Source of the DNA: Camelus ferus
Taxonomy: Eukaryota
Assembly: GCF_009834535.1 (NCBI RefSeq)
Contig: NC_045696.1
Location: forward strand, 72,542,001-72,606,000
Reading direction: 5' to 3'
Length of the DNA: 64,000 nucleotides
Below are positions 24,206-38,229 of the stretch, one piece after another. Position numbers and translations under genes: made by a program. Each line of letters begins with the position of its first letter. The first letter of the stretch is position 1. The notes beneath the pieces were generated by a model that saw only the letters and a list, made by a program, of their open reading frames with translations, searched no databases and was not told the DNA's origin.

Positions 24206-27200
24206 CTGGAGGGAGGAAGACTAGACTTGACATATCTCAAGTTTGGGAACTGTATCTAAATTTCTCTGTACCAGGCACACAGTAGGTACTGGATACATAT
24301 TTGATGAATAAATTAATAAAGTCAGAGATGATGACAGCCCAGACTAATAAACAAAATATACTATGAGAACCAGGAAAGACTTTAGCTCCATTTGCTGTTC
24401 AGTCAAAAGCAGAATTGACTCTTAATGAATGGGATTATTTAAATAATTTATGAAATCTTCCCTTATTTCTTCCATTTTCTTCCTTGTCTTTCCTTCTAGT
24501 TAGTTACTCACTGTAAACTCAAAAGATGCATTGCACTTTCTTAAGATGAAGTGTAATAAATAAAGGGAGAGAGTTTGGTAACACACACCTGCTTCTATAG
24601 AGGGCCTGGCATAGTTCTTCCACTTGAAAGAGAACCAAATGACCAGTGAAGTGGCAGCAACGTGCCAAGCGAATTATGGCCCAAGTTCTGGGGCCATCAG
24701 AAAATAGGACGTTGGGAACTTGCCTGGCAGTCCAGGATGGAGAGGAGACTTGGGTGGCTAGGACCAAAAGGAGGGGCCACGTATTTCTGAAGCTGCACTG
24801 ACATTGCTTTTGAAGAAATTCCAAACTTGCAGCAAAAAGATCAGTAACTCAATTACTAATGTCTTTGAATGCTAAAGGGAAATGTTCAATGAAAAAGGAG
24901 AGTGAAAAATGCCAGTGAGAGGGAGGCACCCAAATATCTACTCTCCGCCAGTCATTTTGTTGGAACGTGGCAAACATATCTCAATTAATCCTTACCATCT
25001 TACCATGTCTTAGTATCTTTTTATAAGCAGGGGCCAGAGGGAGTAATTTGTAACGCTGGAGTACAAACTTGGGCATTCTGACTCCGTAGCCTGCATTTAA
25101 CTTCCTGTTATTAAATACATGAGGTTGCTGTAGTTTCAGCCCTTTTCAATATTTATAAAATGTATATTTGTTTACATAAACATTATTGAGTTTGTAATTG
25201 TATGTAGCATATAAATTGATAATTTAAAAATATTTTGGACTTGAGTTTTGATCAGAAATGCAATCTCCTGCTACAGTGCGTGTTGCCTGAGAAAATTGAA
25301 TATGAACTTCCACATTCTGGCTTACAGTCTTTAGAAGGAATGTAACTTTCTGCTCTCTCTTTTGGTCTTTCTATGCTTTTTTTTTTCTGTATCAAATGCT
25401 TTTAATTATATTTTTGTGCAGTTAAGTAGAAACTGGGTTTTTTTGGTCAGTGCCTTTCCTATAAAAGCAATGCATTCCTCTTTACATTTGATGTGTATTT
25501 CAAGCTCTGACGTGTCTTAAGTTATCCTAGGGCTGTCCAATTATAATTCTGTAAAGAACGAGGTCAGAGTGTTACTTGTGGTCAGACCACTTGCCAATTC
25601 GGTCAAAGAAGCCTTGGGCACAAAAGAGTTGACTTGAACTGGTCTTTGGTTGGTTTGAGACCTAGGGTCTTGAAAATTCCTTTAATGTCTTCATCTGAAA
25701 AAATGGCTATCATAATATTTGCCTTGAATTTACCTTTTTTGGGGGAGTGGTGGCAGCAAGAAATTATTGAATTGGTTACTTTGTCAAATCATTTTAGCTC
25801 CTTAAAGGAAATATGTGACATAAGTTAAATACATGTTATACATATTTCATTCTACAAATAAGCTTTGCAAGTGCTAAAAATCTAGAATTCTTTGGGGTAA
25901 AATAGGGTGAAGGCTAAGAAATAATTCTTATTTTAAAATGTTTTTATACCATAATTACTATTTCACCCTTTTCTTAGGATTTCTTCCTTATCCCTCACTT
26001 CCAACAACCGTTCATTCCTGTGGGAGCTGTTGGCACAGCCCTTGGGAACTTAGCAGGTGCTCAGTTAATTTGAGCTTTGCACAGAAAGAAGTGATAGTCT
26101 ATTAAGTAATGCCAAAACATTAATGAGGTATTCTAGCTTTTGTTTTCTCAAGTCCTAGGAATCTATGCCATGATGAACAAGAGATAGTAAAAACAGGGCT
26201 AGAATTCAGCCAATATACACTGGTATAGCAGGGCATTAAAATATTGAAATACTTCTCTGCTGATTAATAAATAGCCACTCCCATTACCCTCAATCTACCT
26301 TCACCCACTGCCCCAACCTCCTTGATGTCAACACTCTTTGAATCTCCTGCATTCAGCAACCTAAGGGTTAGCATTTGCCCTAGCAAGAGGCTTCCAAGAC
26401 CCTGCTCTGTTCTGATGGGCTGTGCCCAGAACTTATGTGTGTTAAATATTTTGAATATTTCCCTCTGTAACTACCTGTAAGACTCAAACCATACTAGTTG
26501 CATTGAAACTCTTGACAAATTGCTTTCATCATCACTGATATGTGAGGATCTTCTTGGATCTTGATTTCTACAATTTGCATTTCTATTATTGCTTTAGGAA
26601 CTTAATGTCAGTGTTGGATGACAGGGGAGAGAGAGAGAGAAGAGAGCCATTGGGGAGTAAGTTGAAGACCCACAGGCTTACACTGGAGATGAGTTTGGCC
26701 ATATTCAATTTTTATTGAACATCTTGAAGCATTTAAAATAAAATGATGTCCTATGGGATCCAGATGCATATATCCAGGTGCTTTCCTCTTAATATTTAAA
26801 CCCATTTTGTGGAAGATTTAATCCATATGTTAAATCATTGACTTCAAAAGGTATACCTTGAGAGGCTAATCGAAATGATGAAAAACGGCTCTAAAGATTA
26901 TGTTCAAAGATGTCATTTATGGGCTAGGGGTCAGGGGCTGAGGCAAGATAGAGAAACTTGGGGGAGTTTCATGAAGTCATTTAAGTATGTGAAATGTTCT
27001 AGAGCACAAGGGAACTCTTGAAATTTCATCCTAATCATAGAATCTTTCTTCATTTCCAAAAGAGCATGTTTTTGAGACAGCATATAATATAGCTATTTGT
27101 TCTCTTCAACACATCTCAGGGAAGAAAAAGAAGTTGGGAAAATGAGCCCATTGTTTTTCAAAATTAGTGACAAACTTCAAAATAATTCCAAACAAACCTC

Positions 27201-28194
27201 AAATAAAACATTTTCCCCCTACTGTGAATCCTGTTTAAACTGTTTGGGTCAGTCTGTTTTAATGAGTCGTATTCACGCTGACACATCCACACACTTCAGA
27301 CAAAGACGACTGTACCTCTAAACCCATTTAAAAATGATAGATGACTGTCAGCTTTGTGAAAGCAGCACATGCAGTGGCTTGATAGCGCAGAATGAAAGCA
27401 ATCTACAAGTGCAAGTCTGTTTCTTTTGGCAACGGAAGGAGTTGCTAATGGATTCATCATTTTCTGTTAAGCATGAATGTCAAACAAAAAAACATTTAGG
27501 GCTCTATTCAGCTGAATTTCCGGCTTGACGCTTGCCAGCCATGGAAGCCCTGTGACTTGGAACCTGTGCAGCCCATGCCTGATTCTTGTTTCCAGAGTTC
27601 CGTGGGGCCAGTGCCACGGAACTTGGACTTCTGCCCAGGGCTCCTCCTCCTCTCTTTGGCTCCCCCTCCCCCTTTCTCCAATCCTATGAAGCCACCAGTC
27701 AAGCTTCCCAAATGAATGCCATCTATGGAGGGGAACTGGTTGCCAACTCTTATGACTTCAGCTGACTCCACCTCAGAATCACACAGGAAGTCCACTCATG
27801 GCACTCCAGAAGGGATGGCAGGCTGAGGATTTGTTGTATCCAGGGTTGCTGGGGCCTTTGTGCCTTGGAACTTACTGGCTGGAGTGGGCACTTCATGCTT
27901 CCTCTTTTGGTGTCATAAATATGCAACGTGTTCTGTACTCTTCCTATAAACAATAAATAAATACAAAAATAATAAGAATTAGAATCCATGGGTTTTGGAA
28001 ATGCCATGTTCTTTGAATGGACCTTAAGAAGATTTGAGGGAGAGTTCTGGCCTCAGAACACAGCTATTTTTATATCCTTGGCCACAGGAGAGCTGCTTCT
28101 GTATGGGAAATTTGTTTCTTCACTTGGGGACAAAGTGGACAGTGGCAGGAGTGTGCTAAGGCCAAACAGGTCAGCAGCATCTACCCTGGCAGAG

Positions 28195-28390
28195 GAGAGG
28201 TGGCAGTGGTACAGACTCTGTGCCTTCACATACCAGATCAGTACCAGCTCTGCCACCAGCTGTGGAACCTTGGGCAAATCTCTCAACCACTCAGTGTCTC
28301 AGTTTCTTCATTTGGTTGTTTTGGGGAGTAAATGAGATAACATGAGAAGAATGTAAATTATAAATTACTACACAAGCAGACATCATTATT
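28195..28390 (+). mobile_element. MIR SINE
   Basis: ccagctctgccaccagctgtggaaccttgggcaaatctctcaaccactcagtgtctcagtttcttcat matches the MIR core. Confidence 0.8.
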
Positions 28391-29530
28391 AATTGAACAA
28401 TTTAAGTGAATAAAATTAATAATACTAAGAGGTAAAGTAGAATAGTCTAACAGGAAGAACTAGGAAGTCAAGACTTTTCAGAGAAGTCAAGACATTTAGA
28501 TTCCTGCCGCCTCAATTTTTTTTGTCTTGTGAGCTTGAGAAAAATCAATGTACTCATTAAAGTGGAGTAGAGATGTTTAATCCATCACTAGTTTTATAAG
28601 TATATCATCCCATGGCTTTCTACATCATTTAATCTGTGGACGTGGCCCCACTGGCTCTGTACACTGCAAAGGTCAACCCTACTGCCATCATTCCAATGTT
28701 ATAGCTTTATTGTTGTACATTTCCCAGTCATTTTGTTCTTCCTATTGCTCAATTAAAATGCAAACATATGGAAGGATAAAAGTTAGCCCTTTACTTAGCA
28801 ATTAGGTCTTTAACAGGGTGTAACTGGATTAAGACATAGGATTGATGCCAGTGGGCTTGGGGAAGAATTATGACTTGAGGAAGGAAAGGAAGCCCTCAGA
28901 TCAACTTCATTTTCTTTGTAGACATGCCTTGTGTCCCTCTTATCTCTAATAGTTAATGATTCTGGGAGGAAACTTGGAATAATTTGTGAAATTGCTAATA
29001 CCTTCTAAATGACAGAACTGTAAGTGATATAATGTGACGTTAATAATAATGATGACCGCAGATTGAGGGAAAAAGGCAAAACTTGTAAAGGAATAAATTA
29101 ATAGTCTCCCTTGAAGATATTTTAATTGAAAATGTCAAATGTCGCCTCCCTAAGGAAGCCTTCCCTGACTCCCATATAGACTCAATCATAGAAACATGTA
29201 TTTCTCACAGTGTCATTCATTTGTTTGCATATCTGTAATATATACATATTTGCTGTGGTTTGTGATTCTTAAACCCTGTATTCAGTACCTCCCCAAATAC
29301 CTAACATAATGTAGGAACTCAGGAAATACTTGTTGAATTTAATAATTACAACATCTGGAAGATAAAATAGATTAAGCTATCATTCTCTCAGTGCATTGCA
29401 GACTTGGTGTACCTAACAATAAAAACTAAAGGCATTTTTCTGCCGAATATTAAACTTTGTAAACTAGTTACCACATGATTAAAAAAAATTATTCCACTTA
29501 GTGCTTTAATCAAATTAAATGGTGTTTTTT

Positions 29531-30853
29531 TTTAAATATTTTTATTGATTTATAATCATTTTACAATGTTGTGTCAAATTCCAGTGTTCAGCACAATTTT
29601 TCAGTTATACATGAACATATATATATTCATTGTCACATTTTTTTCTCTGTGAGCTACCATAAGATTTTGTGTATATTTCCCTGTACTATTCTACAATTTT
29701 GAAATCCCGTCTATCCCTTCCCACCCTCCGCCCCCTTGGCAACCACAAGTTTGTATTCTATGCCTATGAGTCTATTTCTGCTTTGTATTTATGCTTTGTT
29801 TTGTTGTTGTTGTTGTTGTTGTTGTTTTTGTTTTTTTAGATTCCACATATGAGCGATCTCATATGGTATTTTTCTTTCTCTTTCTGGCTTACTTCACTTA
29901 GAATGACATTCTCCAGGAGCATCCATGTTGCTGCAAATAGCATTATGTTGTTGGTTTTTATGGCTGAGTAGTATTCCATTGTATAAATATACCACATCTT
30001 CTTTATCCAGTCACCTGTTGATGGACATTTAGGCTGTTTCCATGTCTTCACTATTGTAAATAGTGCTGCTATGAACATTGGGGTGCAGGTGTCATCCTGA
30101 AGTAGATTTCCTTCTGGATACAAGCCCAGGAGTGGGATTCCTGGGTCATATGGTAAGTCTATTCCTAGTCCTTTGAGGAATCTCCACACTGTTTTCCATA
30201 GTGGCTGCACCAAACTGCATTCCCACCAGCAGTGTAGGAGGGTTCCCCTTTCTCCACAGCCTCTCCAGCATTTGTCATTTGTGGATTTTTGAATGATGAC
30301 CATTCTGACTGGTGTGAGGTGATACCTCATTGTAGTTTTGATTTGCATTTCTCTGATAATTAGTGATATTGAGCATTTTTTCATGTGCCTTTTGATCATT
30401 TGTATGTCTTCCTTGGAGAATTGCTTGTTTAGGTCTTCTGCCTATTTTTGGATTGGGTTGTTTATTTTTTTCTTATTAAGTCGTGTGAGCTGCTTATATA
30501 TTCTGGAGATCAAGCCTTTGTCGGTTTCATCTGCAAAAATTTTTTCCCATTCTGTAGGTTGTCTTTTTGTTTTGCTTATGGTTTCCTTTGCTGTGCAGAA
30601 GCTTGTAAGTTTCATTAGGTCCCATTTGTTTATTCTTGCTTTTATTTCTATTGCTTGAGTAGACTGTTCTAGGAGAACATTTTTGAGATGTATGTCAGAT
30701 AATGTTTTGCCTATATTTTCCTCTAGGAGGTTTATTGTATCTTGTCTTATGTTTAAGTCTTTGATCCATTTTGAGTTAATTTTTGTATATGGTGTAAGGG
30801 AATGTTCTAGCTTCATTGTTTTACATGCTACTGTCCAGTTTTCCCAATACCAT
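29531..30853 (-). mobile_element. Young 5'-truncated L1 (ORF2 C-terminus, 3'UTR and A-tail)
   Basis: ORF2 peptides ...[16 protein letters not shown]... and ...[18 protein letters not shown]...[10 protein letters not shown] are in one frame with a single stop at 30442-30444; perfect 16-bp TSD ttaaatggtgtttttt (29515-29530, 30854-30869); TTTT/AA endonuclease site. Confidence 0.97.
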
Positions 30854-32703
30854 TTAAATGGTGTTTTTTAAAAGCATTTAGCTAAATGTTATATGCCTGT
30901 ACCTTTTAGAAATATAATCAAATTCACCCAGGAATTATCTATGCTTCCACTATAGTGTTTTGGTGAAGCCACATCTCAAATATCTCTTTAACCTGCAAGA
31001 AATGATCAGATTCCTATTCCACAGGGATGCTTTCAATGAGGAATTTCAGAATGATGAAACCAGATTTAGCTGGTAGCAATTATTGGTACATTTCAGATGA
31101 GCTCAGCATGAAGAATAAGACTGAAGAAAGATTAAGTCTCAAATACTAAGGGACAGAAAAAAAATGAAAAGCGAGACCGAAAGGGCTTGAAACGCAGGAA
31201 AGGACCAGTTATCTGCAGGAAGCTGGTATTCTTATGTGAGATGCATGTGACCCAGTCTGGGTTAGGATGTTATCTCTATGTGATCTGCAGAATTTCTCTC
31301 TTGACTGTAGCAACCTCAGAAGAGTGAATTAAAGTCTTAAGGAGAAAAATCAATAAAGGAAAAAAAAGATAAAAGCAATATGTCTGGAGAGCATTTCAAA
31401 AACCATATGAAAGTCTCTTAAATGACCGTGGAAGTCTAACCAGTATTTATAAGGGTTTACAGGAATACCAATAAGAATGGATTTGTTGGTCTCCTTAAAG
31501 CAGCAAAGAGGCTTCTGGGTGGTTTATGGCATTTGGCTGGTCTTTGTTTCATTCTACCATGTGACACACAGAAACATGAATTACATAAAAGACTGCCTAT
31601 GATGACAAGAAATTCATTAGAGAGATACTATGAGAAAGTTGGGATTAGAGTAGCACTTAATGCTCGCTCAGTGCTATGTATGAAGTACAATAGTCTGAGT
31701 ACCTTTCCTGTGACTAGCTCGACTTTGTTCACAAGCTGGGAATTTCTCTGAACTCTATGCTAAAACTGAAAACATAGGCATTAAATCCCAATAATAATAA
31801 TACTTCTCTAATCTATCTTTTAAAATCTGTAAAATGATTTTTTCCTTATAATTATGAGAAGTAGAATTCATTTCAAACGTTCTCCAGGCCTGTTATTTTC
31901 TTAATTTGAATGACAGAATGAAGGAAGCAAGAGGGAAAGAGTTGATGAAATGGAAGTGGGAGACTTCCACTCCGGGAGAGATGGGTAGAGTGTGTTTCTA
32001 CTAGTCAAGAAAAGGAATGCCAAGTAAAATCTAGAGTTTAGGGAGCTAGATTTCAAAATGTTCAAGGAAGACTTAGGCATGACCCTCCCCCAATCCAAGG
32101 CCTAAGATCCATACGTGGAGAGTATTTGATGCTACATTTATCTAATCAGGCATTGATTCATTTGTCCATTCCAGTACATTCTTTCTTGGGTTCCCATCAT
32201 ATCACAGGTACTCTTTTACTAATGAGAAGCTTTCAACTGTGAAATTCTTGTGATATAACCGTGAGTATTTTTAATTTTGAAGGCAATAACTGTATGGTTA
32301 GATGAAAGCCCAAAATGAAACTTTACAGAATCCTGTAAATCCTGGGCTCAGATAGGTTAAATAACTCCTGACAGTTCCAAAGCTAGTAAGCCAAAGAGTT
32401 AAAATTCATACTTGGCTCTTATTCCAAAGGAAGTGCTCTTGGCTTCAGTGCAATAATCTCAGAATTGCTTAATCAATCAGCTCCTGTAACTAAATATGCC
32501 TCAATTAGGAATGATGGGGTAGTATAGTTTTTATAGGTCATATTCTTGTCCCTTTTTTTGTCCAGTAGAATCAGTCCCTCCCTCTTCCTTCTTACACACA
32601 GACACACACACACATGCACACATTCAGACACTCACCTGTAGGCTACCTAAGAAGAGACTTTAAGCAGTCCTAGCTCAAGGATTGAGTGATGCTGCAATGA
32701 GTC

Positions 32704-33318
32704 TTTTTTTTTTTTTCTTTTCCAATTTTTTAAATTGAAGTATAGTTGATATACAGTGTTGCATTAGTTTCTGGTGTACAGCATAGTGATTCAGTTATAC
32801 ATGCAAATACATACATATTCTTTTTCATTACAGGCTACTACAAGTCATTGAATATAGTTCCCTGTGCTATACACTAGGACTTGTTCATCTATTCTGTACA
32901 TAGTAGTTTGTATCTGTTAATACCAGACTCTCAATTTATCCTACCCTCCCCCTTTCCTGCCCTGGTAACTGTAAATTTGTTTTCTGTGTCTGTGAGTCTC
33001 TTTCTGTTTTTCATTCATGTCATTTTTTTAGATTCCACATATAAGTGATATCATATGATATTTGTCTTTCTCTGACTGACTGACTTCAATTAGTATGATA
33101 GTCTCTAATGCCATCCATATTGCTGCCAGTGACATTATTTCATTCCTTTTTATGGCTGACTAGGATTCCATGGTATATATGTACACAACATTTTCTTTAT
33201 CCATTCATCTGTTGATGGCCATTTAGGTTGCTTTCATGTCTTGGCTAATGTAAAAAGTGCAGCTGTGAACACTGGGGTGCATGTATCTTTTCAAGTTAGA
33301 GTTTCCTTTGGATATATG
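32704..33318 (-). mobile_element. 5'-truncated L1 (cetartiodactyl-type 3' end)
   Basis: Poly-T, then attgaagtatagttgat...gattccacatataagtgatatcata...; degenerate TSD tgcaatgagtc/tgcaatgggcc. Confidence 0.92.
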
Positions 33319-34444
33319 TGCAATGGGCCATTCTCGTAGCCAGTCTAGTTTTACCTTGTACCTTGATGATGATAGCCTCTTGACATCTGTCATTTTCCTT
33401 ACACGAAATTCCAGTGTAGATGATCTGTCTATCCCATGATTTTTCCAGAATGAGCGTTAACATTGCTTTGGCTGGTTCTACCTCTAGAAATAATAATCTG
33501 CTTTCTCTTCATTGACCACTAAGGGCTGAGACATATATTGTCTCTAATTTTTCCAACCACTTGCAAGAATTACCATCTTCATCTGCTGTCAAATACTTTG
33601 GGTACCATGGTCCTCTTTGGCCTGGGCTGCATCTCAAGACCCATCCTCAGTACCTGTCCTCTAATGGGTGGGTTTAAATATATTCCTGGTCTCCCAGAGT
33701 CAGCCTTATTTCATGTGGAGAACACAGACATGCCCACTCATGTTTTGAAATATGACTCTTTTCTTGAAAAACCCTTGGAAGACTAAAGTTCCCTTTTTGA
33801 GTCATTTCTATGGAGTTCCAAGTCAGAGTTTGTACCTTATTTCTGATAACTCTTGAACCTAAATTTAAACCTTTATCTTCTCATCTGAAAAATGGGAATA
33901 ATAACATATTCTCTGGGTTGTAATAAGGATTACAGTTTCCTGGAAAGGTAACACATTATACTAACAGGCAGTTTACCAAAAGCGAGTTTGGACTGTGGTA
34001 GATCTGAAAGGCATCTGTGAGAAGGTAAAAAAGGCATTGAAAGGGGTATAATGAGACTAATGAAAACCAGCTCACCTACTTCATTAATTTACGCATGGAT
34101 GGAGTGGAGTTTATCTTGTAGATGCCCATACAAGAGTTTCGTTTTTGTCTATTTTTTTTTTTTTAATGAGGAGAGGTCAAATAGCAATTCCAAAGGGATT
34201 TATCTTGTCTCTGATAAAATAGAATGTTTTTATTGTGACCTGGATGGAGAAGAAAACATCTTTATTGAAAAGGATTCTGTCTTTATTTTTTTCTATTTTG
34301 AATTATTACACTCCACATTTCCTCCAGATTTAGGTAAATTCAAATTTGTTTTCGTTGTTGCTGTTGTTTCTTTCAAATGTTTAGTGATTGCTCAAAAATT
34401 TTTGAATGAATGGGTAAATAAATGTAAATGAACAATGACATCTT

Positions 34445-35480
34445 AAACTTTAAAAATTTATTGTAGAAATTTCAAACATGAGCAAGTTGAGAGAAGAGTA
34501 TAATGAACTTCTATGCACCCCCATCCAGATTCAGTAGTTATTATTTATGGCCAGTCTTGTTTTGTCTTCACTTGTTCTACTCCCCTGCTTAGTTTTTTTA
34601 AAGCAAATTCAGATGTCATATAATTTCAAGTATAAATACTTTAATATATATCTCTAAAAAATGAGGACTCTTTTAAAAAAATTATCACATAAGATCCCAT
34701 AAAAACTAATAACATTCTTGATATATAGGTAGCTAAGGATTTCCTGGCTGTTTTGCACATACATAGTTTGTTCAAATTAGGTTCCAAATAAAGTGCATAA
34801 ATTGCAATTGATTAATATATCTCTTAAGGCTTATTTAATCTTTAAGTACTCTTCCATCTTTTTTCTTCTTACTGCTTATCCTTTGAGGTTGTTTGTCCTG
34901 TAGAGTTTTTTATTTGTGCACCTTGCTATTGATATCCTCTTGGTATTCCTTTGAATGTTTTCTTTTCCCTCTTTTACCCATTAATTTACAGCTTGATATT
35001 GAAGCTTGATCAGATTTCTTTTATTTTTATTGAGGTATAATTTACATACATTAAAATGGACAAATTTTAAGTGTACAGCTTGATGAATTTTTGCTTATGT
35101 GTACATTCATATAACTACCATTTAGATTAAGATTTAGACTGTCTTCATCCACCAGAAAGTTTCTTTGTGCATATTCTCAGTTAATACTCAGATGAAACCA
35201 CTATTCTAATCTCTGTCATCGTGGGTTAGTTTTGCTTGTTAACTTCACATAAATAAAATCATACACTACATACTTTTAGTGTCTGGCTTTTTCCACTCAA
35301 TATAATTTTTTTGACTCAGGTGTTATTTAACAACGTGTTTTTAATTTCTAGCTGAAAGTTCCTTTTTAGTTTTTTATTTTGTTGTTAATTTTAGTATTAG
35401 TGCATTTTAGTCATAGAATGTTGTTTTGTATTCTGTCTTCTTTTTAAAATGCATTGAGGTTATCTTTGTGGTCCAAGTAT
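34445..35480 (-). mobile_element. Old L1M fragments (at least two 3' ends)
   Basis: gaaatttcaaacat...; ttattgaggtataatttacatac...aagtgtacagcttgatgaatttt at ~35020. Confidence 0.75.
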
Positions 35481-35485
35481 AGAAA

Positions 35486-35542
<57 letters not shown>

Positions 35543-35552
35543 ATATATATAT
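35486..35552. repeat. (TG)n(TA)n compound microsatellite
   Basis: Directly visible. Confidence 0.95.
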
Positions 35553-38229
35553 TTAGAAACAGTGAAACAGAGATTTAGCCTAGTAGTTTGATCTGAGAAG
35601 AAATGTTTTTGGAGAAGCTTTTTAATCCTTTGAGGTAGGTGGGTAAAGCAGGTAGATATGTTCTAATCATCTCTTTCAGTGTTACAGTTGTATTCTATTG
35701 CTACATTGGAAATCTAGTTTAAGTGGTTTAATTTTAGAATTTAACTGAAGATTTTGCTTACTGGGATGTTGTTGTAGAGTGGAGAGGTCAAGGGCTTTCA
35801 AAGTCCAGCTCTGCCCTTCACTAGCTCTAATGTTTAGTTGCTTAGAATTACTTATGTTGGTTTTCTCAACTGTAAAATAGAAATAATAGTACCCATTTAA
35901 TGTTGTTTATGTGATGACAGATAAGATGAGTTATGTAAAGTATCTGGTCAGTGGAGTAGTTAGGTGCTTAGTAGATAGCAGCAGTTGCTGCATTTGTTAC
36001 TGGTTTAAATAAGCTTAGTCCAACATGCTATTCTCACCAACGTGTGAGAAAATGACATCTAGTTCTAGACCCACTAAGGAGGAACTGAGCCTAGACTGAG
36101 AGGAGCCAATGTTCACTAATCAAGCTTCATTTCTCTGAGTTGACATGTTCTCTATCCCCCATTCATACCCAAATCATTTAGAAAAAGCATCACAGTAAAG
36201 TATAGCAGATCTTAAACATTTGTGTCGATTATAATACGGACGATTTTTTGCAGCATCAACATGCGTCCAGGGTCAGTCTGGTCACCAGGAAAGGTAGATT
36301 CTGGTGGACCTAGGGAAAAGGTCCTTATAACAGGAGAGGGAAGAAAGCCAGGAAATGGAAATGGCAAACAGAGATGATAAACTTTACTTTCTCCATAATA
36401 GCCTAGAGATGGGCCTTGTTCAGTAGGGATCACTAGTTGAAGCCACTGATCAGTTTTCATTCACAAAGAACACCATCCCAGAAGCTGAGGGATCTTCCTC
36501 TGGATTTTTGCATTCTTTTCCGCAAGCAGTCCAAAATTATACCTTTCCTTCACTTCTGTGGTACTTTTAGATTGTCCTTTTGGCTTGTAGCCAAATCCTT
36601 GTGCCCAGACAGTCTCATTCATGACTATCTTCCAGTTTGAGAAGAATGAAGACCTGGGAGAGGGAGGGGGAGGAGCGGGGGAGGAAAGGATATGTAGATG
36701 TGCCACAGGGAAACTCCCTCTTGTGACATTCGGTACTTCTCAAGGTTACAGGGATTAAGCTTCTTGCAGTCCCTTGTGAAGAGCAGGCTTTCCTCTCTCC
36801 TGTTGTGATTGCAGTGGGGAAGGACTGGGTGTGATAATAACAATGTGCTCCAGGGCTGATTGATGCAGTGACAGCACCAGACTCACATGAAACCTAGTGA
36901 CAAGGCTTAGGACCTCACTGGAACTCTTGACAACCTCTTTTTCTACTTGACTCAGATTGCAATCACCTGAGAAGCATGTTGTCCAAAATTTCAAAGAGAG
37001 TCAAGCAGAATTAATAGACCAGAAGCAGCACTGATTGGGCATTATTCATTGATAGGTAAAAACGTCAGATGAGAAAAAAAGGTCAAAAGAGGTATAAGGT
37101 ATGGTTGTTGAAAAATATGCTTATCACATTCAAGTCTTAACAGGTCCAGCTGGTTTTATGTGTCTATTTACATTGCCACTTACCATCTCATAACAAAATT
37201 ATCACTAGGTAAACCTGTATGTAGCTAGCTTGCCCACTGGTCAGCTTGGTCATGAAATGTCTATCTCCGTTAGGTTTTAAACTTTCTCAAAAAATCATTA
37301 ACTCTCCCATAAAATCAACTTCAAAGCACAAGTGTTGATGTGTACAATGTGCTTATCTTTGGGTTCAGCACTTTTTCATATCAATTTTTGAATATACTTA
37401 TAAAACAGAACTAGTTGACTTCTCAAAATTTGTGGAGTTTCGGGAATGACTTCATATATTATAGTTTTAACTTGTAACCTTTAATTTTCATTACTATTGA
37501 ACACTGATGTAATCAGTGTGGGACTCAACAGAAAGGACTGGAAAGTGGATGTAAGATAGCAATGTCACCTAACGTAACAACAGCTGGATCTGGACTCTGT
37601 TGAAGACATTGATCATGCTTGTGAATTAGTCCCAGGATGATCAACCCAGAGGGAGGAACTCACACTGACTCCAGGACACGTAGGAGTCATACAAATTGGA
37701 ATGCCTATTTTATAAATTCAATGAGAAGTATAACCAGATCATTCAGGTTGGCATAAAATTCTCTCCCTCTAGTCAGAGTATATGAGAGACCAAATCACAG
37801 AGGCCAGTTTTGGGATTTATCCAGAAAGTATCCTCAGGAATTGGAAATAGTCAAAACCTAGGTGATTGTCATATTCCCTTTGAATAGGCAGATACACTTG
37901 GGAAATGAGAGACTGCTTGATAAACACAGAGTCAGAACAGGAATTTTTATATTAACAGGATGTTTAAAAGAATCTGGTGGAAACAGCTTGATATATTTAT
38001 CCAGTGCAAGCAATAATTTTGCTGATTGTTTTGACCACTTACATTGACCCCCAAACATAGGACCATAAATACTCACAAACCTTATAGTTAAGACATCCTC
38101 TTCCAATGGCAGAGCATGAGTAGACCCTATCAATGGCTGTCTCTGAGGGTCTCTTTTTCCCCCTTAGCTGAAACACCTAACTCTTCCCACTCATCTCAAA
38201 ACACATACCCACTTCTAACTGCCATGTTC

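Noticed and set aside
27596..27623. Iron-responsive element
   Set aside because: CAGUG is present, but there is no 5-bp upper stem closing a CAGUGN loop with a bulged C, and no evidence of a UTR context.
29836..30816. 187-aa and 124-aa ORFs as genes
   Set aside because: They are the C-terminal part of L1 ORF2 in a truncated, stop-interrupted insertion.
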